A stretch of DNA of 64,000 nucleotides. It comes from an uncultured virus (IMG/VR IMGVR_UViG_3300031992_000075). Its lineage: Duplodnaviria; Heunggongvirae; Uroviricota; Caudoviricetes. The number at the start of each line of letters is the position of its first letter. Position 1 is the first letter of the stretch. Where the stretch lies: IMG/VR virus record IMGVR_UViG_3300031992_000075. One strand, given 5' to 3'. This document shows positions 49,340 through 59,200 of this stretch, in pieces. The notes under the pieces were generated by a model, which saw only the letters and a program-made list of their open reading frames with translations, was not told where the DNA came from and did no database searches. Both the position numbers and the translations under genes were made by a program.

Positions 49340-50200
49340 ATGGAAAGAAACGATTATATAACCATCCAAGCCTACATGGTAACGGAACTTGGATTGAGCG
49401 GAAACAATTTAATTATCTATGCCCTTATACATGGTTTTTGTAAAGATGGAATACATGAATTTAAGGGTAGTATAAATTATATTTGTGAATGGACTAACCT
49501 AACACGAAACACCGTGATAGCCATTCTAAAGCAATTGGTTGAAAGTGAATTACTCGTTAAGAGAACATACAAGGAAAATAATGTTACTTTTTGCGCCTAT
49601 TCATTGGGTAGTGAAAAAATTACACCACCAGTACAAAATGTGGATGAGGGTAGTGAAAAAAATGCACCCAATAATAATATAGATAATACTAAATGGAAAA
49701 AAGATAAAGAAGAATCTTTATCTAAAAGTGTCAGCGATGTTGAACTTTTTGAGAAATGTTGGATTACATATAGAAGAAAAGGAAAAAAAGGAAAATCATT
49801 GCCGTATTGGAAAAAACTAACCGAAAGTGAAAAGCAAATGGTACTTCCACATATCAAGGCTTATGTAACAAGTCGTGAATTACAATTTCAACAGGATTTT
49901 GAACGATACCTACGCGATAAAACATTTACCACAATCGTATTTTCGAAAAACAAGGTTATATATGACCCTACAAGGTTAGACAAGAAAGACAAAGCCAATG
50001 AGGTATATATGCCGCTAACGGACGGTGCATTATCATGGAGCGACAATCTAAATTGTTATGTTTACGTTGGAATGTATTATGGTCATGTTTTTGATGGATA
50101 TACGGATGATAATCGTCCCAATGATGCGAAAGTCATGCTTGGCAACGGTGGTGGTTTTATCGTATGGAATGCGGCAACAAAGAAATGGGAAAGAAAATAA
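49340..50200 (+). CDS. phage replication initiator (N-terminal HTH, replisome organizer-like)
   Basis: L.G..L.IYALI.GF, GS..Y..EW.NLTR.TV...LK.L....L..K; FE..W..Y..K; internal DNA repeats 49606-49668. Confidence 0.75.
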   Translation: MERNDYITIQAYMVTELGLSGNNLIIYALIHGFCKDGIHEFKGSINYICEWTNLTRNTVIAILKQLVESELLVKRTYKENNVTFCAYSLGSEKITPPVQNVDEGSEKNAPNNNIDNTKWKKDKEESLSKSVSDVELFEKCWITYRRKGKKGKSLPYWKKLTESEKQMVLPHIKAYVTSRELQFQQDFERYLRDKTFTTIVFSKNKVIYDPTRLDKKDKANEVYMPLTDGALSWSDNLNCYVYVGMYYGHVFDGYTDDNRPNDAKVMLGNGGGFIVWNAATKKWERK

Positions 50201-50466
50201 TGTAGTTCAGTGGCATAGCTAAAGCGACTTTATACAAATTAACATAGTTATGGAAACAAAGCTTACCGTAGATGAATTTATCAAGCATGTGAAGATTAGC
50301 GGATGCTTGACAGAGGAAAATAGGGAATACATTGATGTGCGTGATGTGCAACTGATTATTGATATGATAACAAAACACATTGAGCATAGTGACGCAGGCC
50401 GAATGGAGAAAGTGTAACGCTTAACAATGGGCGTTGTACGTTGGTATGGTCATCATTAACTAAAAC

Positions 50467-50679
50467 ATGGATAAAGCAATGATATACATAATAAGAATTT
50501 TAGTGGTTATATTATCTCCACTTTTTATTTTGACTATTCCTGTAGATGCTTTTATGTTTGCTTACTATTATATAGCAACAGGTAGAAGTTATTCCACAGA
50601 CTATCGGCCATTTGGATTTGCCTTATTTGAATGGTTGAACGATTGCTGTAAACATGGTTCGTTTAACTGGAAATGGTAA
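50467..50679 (+). CDS. small membrane protein
   Basis: hydrophobic N-terminal half. Confidence 0.5.
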   Translation: MDKAMIYIIRILVVILSPLFILTIPVDAFMFAYYYIATGRSYSTDYRPFGFALFEWLNDCCKHGSFNWKW

Positions 50680-50715
50680 GATGTGTTTGAACATGAAAAT
50701 GTATAAAGCAATAGT

Positions 50716-52863
50716 ATGATAAACGAACAAACAATACGCAAATGGTGGGATATTTTCGTAAAAGATAATACCTTTACGGAAGTTCGCATACTTGGCCGTT
50801 TTCAATATAGTGGCTATTTCGACAATGTAGATAGCCTTATAAGCTCAATCAAGCCGTATGCCGAAATGGATGACGAGCAGATGTATTTTGTACTTAACAA
50901 GATAGATAATGCTTGTTTTGGTCGCCAACAAAGCGGTAAGATAGTGAAAAGCCCAAAGATAACGACAAACGATAACGATATTGTTAAACGCTGCTTTGTC
51001 TTTGTTGATTTTGACCCCGTTAGGAAATCAGGAACAAATGCAAGTAACGAGGAATTTGAATATGCCCACAAGCGAGCACAAGATGTTTTCCGTTTCTTGC
51101 GTGACAAAGGTTTTAGTGAACCGATTATAAGCAAAAGCGGAAACGGGCTACATTTGACGTATAAGGTTGACTTACCGAATGATGACCAAACAACGGAAAC
51201 AATAAAGCGTTTCTATGAATATCTTGCAAGCATATATTCCGACGATAAGGTTGATATTGATACAAAAGTTTTTAACCTTGCACGGCTTTGCAAGTTGTAC
51301 GGCACAATGGCTAAAAAAGGTGCGAATTTGCAAGATAGACCGTGGCGTATGTCGGAAATCATCTATGTGCCAAAAGAACTTGATATAACACCCATTGAAA
51401 AGTTCAAAGGACTTGCAGACTTACTACCAAAGAAAGAACCGAACCAAACACCCAATCGTTCAAACAATAGACAATACAACAATTCACCGTTTGATATTAG
51501 AACTTGGCTTAATGAGCACGGAATTGTCTATAAAGAGGAAAAACAGGGCAATAGCACACGTTTTACACTTGAAACATGCCCGTGGGTTGACCAACATAGC
51601 GACCACAAAAAGTGGGATAGCGCATTGTTTCAAGATTCCGAAGGGAAATTAACATTTAATTGTCAGCACAGTCATTGCAAGGGTAAAACTTGGATGGATT
51701 TTAGATTGTTCTACGAGCCTAACGCATACGATAGACCTATCTACGTACCTCAACCAATGTATCAACAAAGACAATATCAACCACAACCAAAATACAATAT
51801 AAAAGAGGAATTGCCAGAATTGGGTAAGAAATGGTTGTGTATGTCCGATATACAAAAAATTGACCTTTCGCAAATAGAATGTGTTAAGACTGGTTTTGTA
51901 GAATTGGATAGAAATATAGTTGGGCTTAATATGTCGGAGGTTACTTTGCTTAGTGGTTCTAATAGTAGCGGTAAATCGTCATGGCTAAATACGTTATTAC
52001 TCAATATCATTCAGCAAGGTTGGAAATGTGCTTTATGGTCAGGAGAATTACGTGCGGATATTTTGAAGGCATGGGTGCAAATGGTTGCGGCTGGGAAAAA
52101 TAATCTAAAGCCATCAAATTATGGTGACGGAAAATATTACGTTCCGAACAATGTAGCAGAAAGAATAGATACTTGGCTCGATGGAAAGTTTTTTCTATTC
52201 AATAATGAATACGGCAATACATGGCAAGAAATATTCCACGATATGAGCGAACTATTAAAGGTTGGTTGCCGTATATTCATGCTTGACAACTTGTTTTCCA
52301 TGAATATTGATTTACTTGAGGGCGACAAGAACAACAAGCAAAAGGAATTGATATTACAGATAAAAGACTTTGCAAAGAAAAATCAAGCACACATTATATT
52401 GGTTGCACACCCAAGGAAAACAATGAGTTTTCTTAGAAAGAACGATATTAGCGGAAGCGGTGATTTAATGAATGCTGTGGATAATATATTTATTTGCCAC
52501 CGTGTGAACAACGATTTCTTTAGGGCAGGTGCTGAATTTTTCGGTCAATGCGAAATACAACGTTTCCAAGGTTTCGGCAATGTCATCGAGGTGGCAAAGA
52601 ACCGTATGTATGGTATCGTCGATTTGATGGTAGGTATGCAATATGAAATAGAAAGCCGACGTTTCAAGAACACCATGGATGAAAATGTTCAATATGGATG
52701 GGAACAAGAGCCAGTACAAGGCACTATGTCCTTCGAAAGTGGGCAACAGTACCACCAAGCACCACAAATGCCAACAGAAAGCCCGAAAATGGCTAATATG
52801 GATGCTTTTCAGCCAACGGATGATATGCCTTTTGGTGCAACAATGGATTCCGCACCATTTTAA
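50716..52863 (+). CDS. primase (AEP-like)-SF4 helicase fusion
   Basis: FVDFD, SGNGLH, Zn motif CPW..H..C.HSHC; helicase GSNSSGKS, MLDNL, LVAHPRK, DISGS.DL.N.VDN, V.KNR; acidic ..PF tail. Confidence 0.9.
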   Translation: MINEQTIRKWWDIFVKDNTFTEVRILGRFQYSGYFDNVDSLISSIKPYAEMDDEQMYFVLNKIDNACFGRQQSGKIVKSPKITTNDNDIVKRCFVFVDFDPVRKSGTNASNEEFEYAHKRAQDVFRFLRDKGFSEPIISKSGNGLHLTYKVDLPNDDQTTETIKRFYEYLASIYSDDKVDIDTKVFNLARLCKLYGTMAKKGANLQDRPWRMSEIIYVPKELDITPIEKFKGLADLLPKKEPNQTPNRSNNRQYNNSPFDIRTWLNEHGIVYKEEKQGNSTRFTLETCPWVDQHSDHKKWDSALFQDSEGKLTFNCQHSHCKGKTWMDFRLFYEPNAYDRPIYVPQPMYQQRQYQPQPKYNIKEELPELGKKWLCMSDIQKIDLSQIECVKTGFVELDRNIVGLNMSEVTLLSGSNSSGKSSWLNTLLLNIIQQGWKCALWSGELRADILKAWVQMVAAGKNNLKPSNYGDGKYYVPNNVAERIDTWLDGKFFLFNNEYGNTWQEIFHDMSELLKVGCRIFMLDNLFSMNIDLLEGDKNNKQKELILQIKDFAKKNQAHIILVAHPRKTMSFLRKNDISGSGDLMNAVDNIFICHRVNNDFFRAGAEFFGQCEIQRFQGFGNVIEVAKNRMYGIVDLMVGMQYEIESRRFKNTMDENVQYGWEQEPVQGTMSFESGQQYHQAPQMPTESPKMANMDAFQPTDDMPFGATMDSAPF

Positions 52864-52945
52864 CCTTAAAAACAATTAAATTTCAGCAAAAAATTTTGAA
52901 TATATAAAACAAAGTAGTATTTTTGCAACAAAAACTTAAAGAGAT

Positions 52946-53356
52946 ATGGAGAAACCAAAACTTTATGTTAAAAATGAAAAGGGTCGTTACGAGCCTTATC
53001 GTGAACCAGAATCCCCACACGACAATGTGTTGTATAGGAAGGTTAAGCGTGGTAACAAGGTGTATTACGAACGTCAGTCAATGTGCATTGACAAAGGATT
53101 AGAGGAAGGAGTTTGGGTAGTCGTAAAGCACATGTACGGCAAATCCTATTCAACGGGTAAATATCTTAATGATTGTTTCATGCTTTTAAAGGCAAGTGAC
53201 ATTCAAGATACACCACTTTCAAAACTTGGCGGTATGGAAAAGCTTGCTGACTGGCTTTGCCACAATTGGGATAAACTACCAAAGAATAAATCGCAATATG
53301 ACTTGTGCCGTGCAATAGTTGGATTACTGTTTCAATACGAAAAAGAAAAGGAATGA
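52946..53356 (+). CDS. hypothetical protein
   Basis: 136 aa; promoter TATTTTTG at 52918-52925. Confidence 0.7.
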   Translation: MEKPKLYVKNEKGRYEPYREPESPHDNVLYRKVKRGNKVYYERQSMCIDKGLEEGVWVVVKHMYGKSYSTGKYLNDCFMLLKASDIQDTPLSKLGGMEKLADWLCHNWDKLPKNKSQYDLCRAIVGLLFQYEKEKE

Positions 53357-53480
53357 CAATTGAGTATAACGAGGTTTGTGACGAACAAGGTAATGTGTAC
53401 AAACAAAAAACGCGTGTGTCATACACCATATAGCAAAGATGGTAATAACAAAACAAAATAAAGAATAACAAAAGTGTATT

Positions 53481-53918
53481 ATGAAGAATAGCGAAAGTGC
53501 ATTAAAGAAACAAGTTGGAGGTAATCATTATAAGAAATTAGCCATACAACCAATGGAGTACGCGATGAAGAATCATCTAGACCCATTACAATTTTCGATT
53601 GTTAAGTATGTTACACGTTTCCGTGACAAAGATGGTAAAACAGACTTAAAGAAGGCTCGGCATTGTCTTGATATGCTTATAGAAGTGGAATATGGTAAGC
53701 AGACAGCGAATGAATTACAACTTATGTCCGAATTGCCAAAAGAATGGCAAAAACTATTCCTCTACACAAAAGAAGGAGAATGCAAATTAGGTTTACGTCT
53801 TGGCAGAGTATATTATGTTTCGGAAATCAACAAACAAGACGACGAATTTATATCATCTTTTGTTCAGGTTTGGGATGGTAAAGATTTTGTTGGATGGAGA
53901 TATGCAGATGTAAAATAA
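53481..53918 (+). CDS. DUF3310 (SaV-like) domain protein
   Basis: QVGG.HY....IQP.EY, KYV.R...K.G..DL.KA. Confidence 0.85.
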   Translation: MKNSESALKKQVGGNHYKKLAIQPMEYAMKNHLDPLQFSIVKYVTRFRDKDGKTDLKKARHCLDMLIEVEYGKQTANELQLMSELPKEWQKLFLYTKEGECKLGLRLGRVYYVSEINKQDDEFISSFVQVWDGKDFVGWRYADVK

Positions 53919-54202
53919 AGCCCTACAAGCGCGTTTTATTGCACTGGTGGCCAACTATACCACCTATGCGATAAAATGCGCTTAAAATGGCTAAAAAGTT
54001 GTTTAAAACAAAAATAATAGCATGAAACAAGAAAAGCTAAAACGTTGTAGAACGTGCATACATCGAAAGCGGTATGCACTAAATGAACATTCGGAAAAGA
54101 TTGTACAGTGTTGTGAAATGCAACCATCCAAACGTTCTAATAGTGGACTGAAAACAATTAGAGTTACCGACCTTGCGTGTAACTTGTATCATGAATAGCA
54201 TT

Positions 54203-54604
54203 ATGGCAAATATAACGATAATAGGATTTGTTGACCATATACGCTACTTGCAGGATAGCGTGCTACTCTTTGTGTCGGAGTTTAAGAAAGGCTATAAAAA
54301 AAGTGATGGCACGATAGTCGAGGATAGGTATCTTTCGTGGAAAACGGTATGGAAACCATATTTCAAGAAATATTTCAATGAACATTTCACGGATGGAATG
54401 CTGGTTGAAATAAAAGGTGATGTGCTTCCTTTTGCCCTTAACCATGAAAAGATAATAGATGGGTATAGCGTTATAGGCCAGTGCTGTAATGTATTTAGTT
54501 ATCCACGTTCTAGTGTGCGTCAGGAACAAAAGATGATAAAAGAGAGCCAAGCAAGTGATTATGCTACACCGAACTTGGATGAATTTAATAAACCAGATTT
54601 CTAG
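54203..54604 (+). CDS. OB-fold SSB-like protein
   Basis: N.TI.G.V, G.LVEI.G, ends ..PDF; start MANIT. Confidence 0.55.
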   Translation: MANITIIGFVDHIRYLQDSVLLFVSEFKKGYKKSDGTIVEDRYLSWKTVWKPYFKKYFNEHFTDGMLVEIKGDVLPFALNHEKIIDGYSVIGQCCNVFSYPRSSVRQEQKMIKESQASDYATPNLDEFNKPDF

Positions 54605-54687
54605 CACATAGGTATAAAAATTCTTATGCTCTTACCACACAATAAAAAGGGTTAAAACTTTATTTATAAACTATAAATCAATAAAAC

Positions 54688-55062
54688 ATGGAACAAAACG
54701 AAATTGTTACGCTAAAGCAGCAAATTGGTGGACTAAAATCGGTGAACGAACGTCACAAGAGAAAAATTGAGGAACTGGAAAATAGGCTTGAACAAGAAAA
54801 AGCCTATGCCCGTGAAGCAGATGAACTGAACGAGCAGAAAGTTGCAAGAATCGAGGAATTGCAAAAGGCATACAATGAACTTTCTATTGACAACACTACA
54901 AAGGAAAGAGTTATTGAGGGGTTGGAGAATCAAGTCGTGGAATTGCAAAAGAGAATTGCAAGAGAAAAGGAAATGCACGACGATGCGTACCAGAGGTTAT
55001 ATGACAAGTATGTGTGCATTTTTGAAAAGCCTTGGTACAAAAGATTGTTTCTTAAAATGTGA
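54688..55062 (+). CDS. coiled-coil protein
   Basis: heptad pattern, ends KPWYKRLF. Confidence 0.75.
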   Translation: MEQNEIVTLKQQIGGLKSVNERHKRKIEELENRLEQEKAYAREADELNEQKVARIEELQKAYNELSIDNTTKERVIEGLENQVVELQKRIAREKEMHDDAYQRLYDKYVCIFEKPWYKRLFLKM

Positions 55063-55086
55063 TTTATCTATTCTTTAGCTATGAAA

Positions 55087-55120
55087 GTGGCCGCTTTCCT
55101 TTTCGTGGGATTGCGGCCAC
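55087..55120. terminator. hairpin between convergent blocks
   Basis: GTGGCCGC...GCGGCCAC. Confidence 0.55.
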
Positions 55121-55185
55121 AATTGTGTTTTCATTCGTAAAAGATAATAGGCAATAAAAAGACAGATAAGATAAATTACAAAGTG

Positions 55186-55668
55186 TTATATTTGGGGAGC
55201 ATCTAATGTGTGCAAGGTGATAGTTCCCATAATCCATGATGAATCGCCACGACCTAACTTTACTGTTGTCGGCTTGTAGTCATTCAAGCATACGCAATGA
55301 ACGTATTTATTGCCCACATAGGCAGACTTTATCCACACATCAGTACTTGTCATATAGCTTACAAAAGCATCATGTACTTGTTGCACATTAATGGTGTTTG
55401 TGGCATATTTTTGGCGCACTATGAAAGTAATCTCAATGTTTACGTTTTCACGAATAACAACAGGAACACCATTTTTGATGGTTGTAATAAGAAAATCCTC
55501 TTCTTGTTCATCAGTCCATTGTGCCGTGTAGATATTCACTGGCTTGCCCTGCGACATCATGCCATCTATCTTCAACACACGAACACCATCAAACAACGTG
55601 GTTAAATCTTGAAAACTTCCGTTTTCCGTATTTTTCGCAAAATATACTTGCCTTAAATCCTGTGCCAT
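55186..55668 (-). CDS. distal tail protein-like
   Basis: 160 aa beta-rich, downstream of tape measure. Confidence 0.5.
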   Translation of the reverse strand: MAQDLRQVYFAKNTENGSFQDLTTLFDGVRVLKIDGMMSQGKPVNIYTAQWTDEQEEDFLITTIKNGVPVVIRENVNIEITFIVRQKYATNTINVQQVHDAFVSYMTSTDVWIKSAYVGNKYVHCVCLNDYKPTTVKLGRGDSSWIMGTITLHTLDAPQI

Positions 55669-55673
55669 AACTA

Positions 55674-56264
55674 TTACAATTTTAATTCTTTGTCAAAAAT
55701 TTTTATTTCCGAAAGACAATACTTACCAATTTTTACATTAGCTTTTTTAGAATACTTGTATATTATCACATTGCTTGCCTCGTCACCATCATCAAGTTCA
55801 ATTGTGCTATCATCAAACAAGTAAATTCTCGGATGATTATGACCATTTAGTAACAAATGTATGCTAGAACATGCACCAACATACAAAATAGGCGATTTGG
55901 TGGCTTTAATTTCAATGGTGCTATTAGTTGTCCACATCAATGCCAAAACGTCCGTGTCGGCCTTAAAAATGCCCTTAAATGCCACATAAAGCGAATATGT
56001 GTAGCCTTGCACACCATCAGCATCTTGGATTATCTTTTTTCCATTGATATAATCACCAAAATTTTCCAGAATGTATTCCTTGCTAAGACCAATGCCATTG
56101 TAACAATAGTAAATGAAATGCGGTAGGCATTGTTGTGCAAGTACAAGCTTGACAAGCTTGTACTTGTCTTGTCCGCATGCCTGCCAACGACCTTTGTATT
56201 CTCCACAAAGGCCATTGGTAAGCGCGTTTTTGTAATAATTAAACAAATCCTGTTTTGTTTCCAT
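55674..56264 (-). CDS. hypothetical protein following TMP (beta-helix-like C-terminus)
   Basis: 196 aa; GLC.EY...W, repeating I.L/I.I strands. Confidence 0.6.
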   Translation of the reverse strand: METKQDLFNYYKNALTNGLCGEYKGRWQACGQDKYKLVKLVLAQQCLPHFIYYCYNGIGLSKEYILENFGDYINGKKIIQDADGVQGYTYSLYVAFKGIFKADTDVLALMWTTNSTIEIKATKSPILYVGACSSIHLLLNGHNHPRIYLFDDSTIELDDGDEASNVIIYKYSKKANVKIGKYCLSEIKIFDKELKL

Positions 56265-56272
56265 AACTTTGT

Positions 56273-59200
56273 TTATGAATTTAGTTCAACGACAAAGGCA
56301 CGTCCACTGGGATTAAGCACACCATCAAGTATTCCTTGTATTGCAAGTTGTACGGTGTAGCTTTGTTGTAATTGTAGCAACATCTGGGAAAGTGTACCCA
56401 ACTGAACATCAAACTCTAAGGATGCCACATGGTCACGAATTTCAAGCAGGTATTGGTTCTGTTCAAAAATCCTCTGCGAAACAATGTTCATGTAAGATTC
56501 CAATGCACCAGCCGTGTCTTCGGTGATTCCTTGTATTCCTTGTTGTAATGCCGAAAGTTCCTTTGTTCCTTCGCCACCTTTTATTGAAACACCAAGTGAT
56601 TCTAGGTTGCCGTAAAATTCACCAAGTGCCGTGTTTATTTCTTGTGCCGTTATTCCTGCGTCTTGTGCAAGCTGACGTAATTCATAAACCGTCAGTTCTT
56701 CTCCACCAGCACTATTAACATCAGTCATCCTGTCAAGTTCCTTGTACAATGGCGTGAGTAGCTTTTCGACAATTTTGCTTGTCATAGCCTTTTTGATAAG
56801 GTTAACAATCATGTCGTTCATCTTTTCCTCAACTGCATCAAGAGTTGTTTCTCCTGCCTGCCAAGCCTGCACCCAAGTGTCAACAAATGCTTCTGCTGCA
56901 CTTTTTACATCTTCTCCAAACAAGTTGTTGACAATATCTTCTTTTGCATCTTGAATTTCTTGCCGCAAGCTTTCTATGCTATCAAGATAGCCTTGTATGC
57001 GCTCTTCTTGTTCCCGTCTGTCCGAACTTTTCTTGTAGTCCTTTTGTTGTTCAAGTGCAAGTTGACGTTCAAGTTCAAGTAGTTCTTGTTCTTTTACGGC
57101 CACTGATTCGCGCCTTGCCTGTGTTTCCTCTGTACCAAGTGCTTTACTAGCTGCATATTCAAGTTTTTTGTATGCAAGTTCCAGTTCTTGCACTTTAAAC
57201 TTGCTTTGTTCAATTTGTCGGTCAATGTGTTTGTTTTTGTTGTCAAACCATGTACTGATTGCTTGCCATGTACCTTTAATGGCGTTTATTGTTCCACCAA
57301 TATAATCACCACTAGCAAATTGCCCTATGCCTTGTGCTGCGGTAGATAACCCTTCTAACGAATTGGCAATATCATTTATTGTTTCGGTATCTTCCTCGCT
57401 TGCCCCAAGTTCATCTGCTATATTCGCAATCTCTCTCAGCCCTTGCGCGGCTTTTTGTGCTTCTTCTGCAACAAGGTTTAGTCCTTGTACCCAGTCAACA
57501 ATGCCATCTTCTCCTTTTGTAAAAGCTTCCTTAATTTTTGCAAAGTTGTTCTGTGTTTCACGCAATTTCCCATTTACCCTATCAAGTTCTTTACCATATT
57601 GCCTTTCGCTAATAGTGGCTTTTTCGCCGCTATGTGGGTCTGTTATGGTAAATGTGCCATCTGGGTTCTTTACTGCGCTTTCAAGTGCTTTTTCCCATTG
57701 TTCAGCTATTTTCCTTGTAACCACAGCACTATGGTCAACTATGCTATTGAAAAGGTTTTTGTATGTGGGTAGCAATTGCAAAACTTCTTCTTTTAGCTTG
57801 TCAATTGCGTTTTTCTGGTCTTGTATATGCAATTCAAGCAGCTTTTTCTTTCCGTCATTTGTTTCCTTTTGATATTTAATCTGTAGTTCGGAAAGCTTCT
57901 TTTCCTCAATAGCAATCTTGCCATTGGTGTCAGCAAGCTTGTATTCAAGTTCCTGTGTCTTTTTCAACGTGTCTTGCGCTTGTTTTTCACGCATACCACG
58001 TATTGCCTTTGTGGACTTTTCAATGGCCTCGTAATCTGCTTGCGCTATAGCACCGATTTCTTTTTCCGATTCTTCTTTATATGCCTTTAGGTCGTCATCA
58101 GTTAAAAACATTGTTTCAAGCCTAAAGCCTTTCTTTTGCTTTTCAAAAGAACGATTAAAAGCCTCGACTGTTAACTTTGCAAGTTCGTCAATGTTCTGCG
58201 GCAGGCTATTGGTGTCAATGTCAAACATTTCGGCAAAGAGATTACCCATTTCTGGGTTGGCATCCAGTTCTACCGCAAGTTCATATTCCTCTTTTAGCTT
58301 GCCAAGTTCATTGTTAAGGCCATCGGTTATCTTTTTATAATCAATCTTTGTAATTTCCACATTAAGGTTGGCAATGGCTTTTTCAAGCGCTTCTACACCC
58401 TTTGTGCTTGCACCTGCACCATTTATCTGCTCCTTGTAGAAATCACGAATGTTTTGCAGCGGCATGTTGGCCAGTTGTTCGGATGAAAGCGTTTTAAATC
58501 CGTACTTTTGTAGAATCACGTTGTTTCGGATAATGCTCTTTCCATATTCATCCGTGGCCAGTGTCAATGCCGTTTGTGCATCAACACCCATTTTTTGATA
58601 ATCCTTGAACCTTTTCTGTATGTCAGTGATGTATTGTATTTCCTTGGCTAGTGCATCACCAAGCAGGTCTTTTTGTTGCTTGTTGCCAGATTTCTTTTCT
58701 TTTTCATAGGGTTGGTTAAATAAATCCAATATAGTTTCGGCTTGTTGGATTTTTATATTGTTATCCCTTATTTGCCTTTTAGAATATTCCGAATCGTCTC
58801 TTTCATAATTTTTGTTTTCTTCCCTTGCAGACTTAATGGCCTTTTGTAGCTTATCAACGTAAGATGGAAGCAAATCATTATCACTTGGCAATAAATCGTT
58901 CGCGGTAAAGTTTACAATTCCTTTTTCCTTAATACGATTTTGTACCTCTTCTTGAAAATCAGTAAGCTGTTTTACATTAAATTCTACACCAATGCGTACT
59001 TTAAGCTGACTAGCATCATTTACCATTGCCGCTATTGTGTCATAATAGTAAGGCATGGTGGATTTGAAATAGGCTAAGTTGTCTAATACGGCTTTATTTT
59101 GAAGACTAGTAAGATTTTCATTGCTTTTAACCCATTCACTTGTTATGTCCGAAAAAGCAGATGAATAATTATTTCTTAGTCGTTCAATAAACATGTTCCA

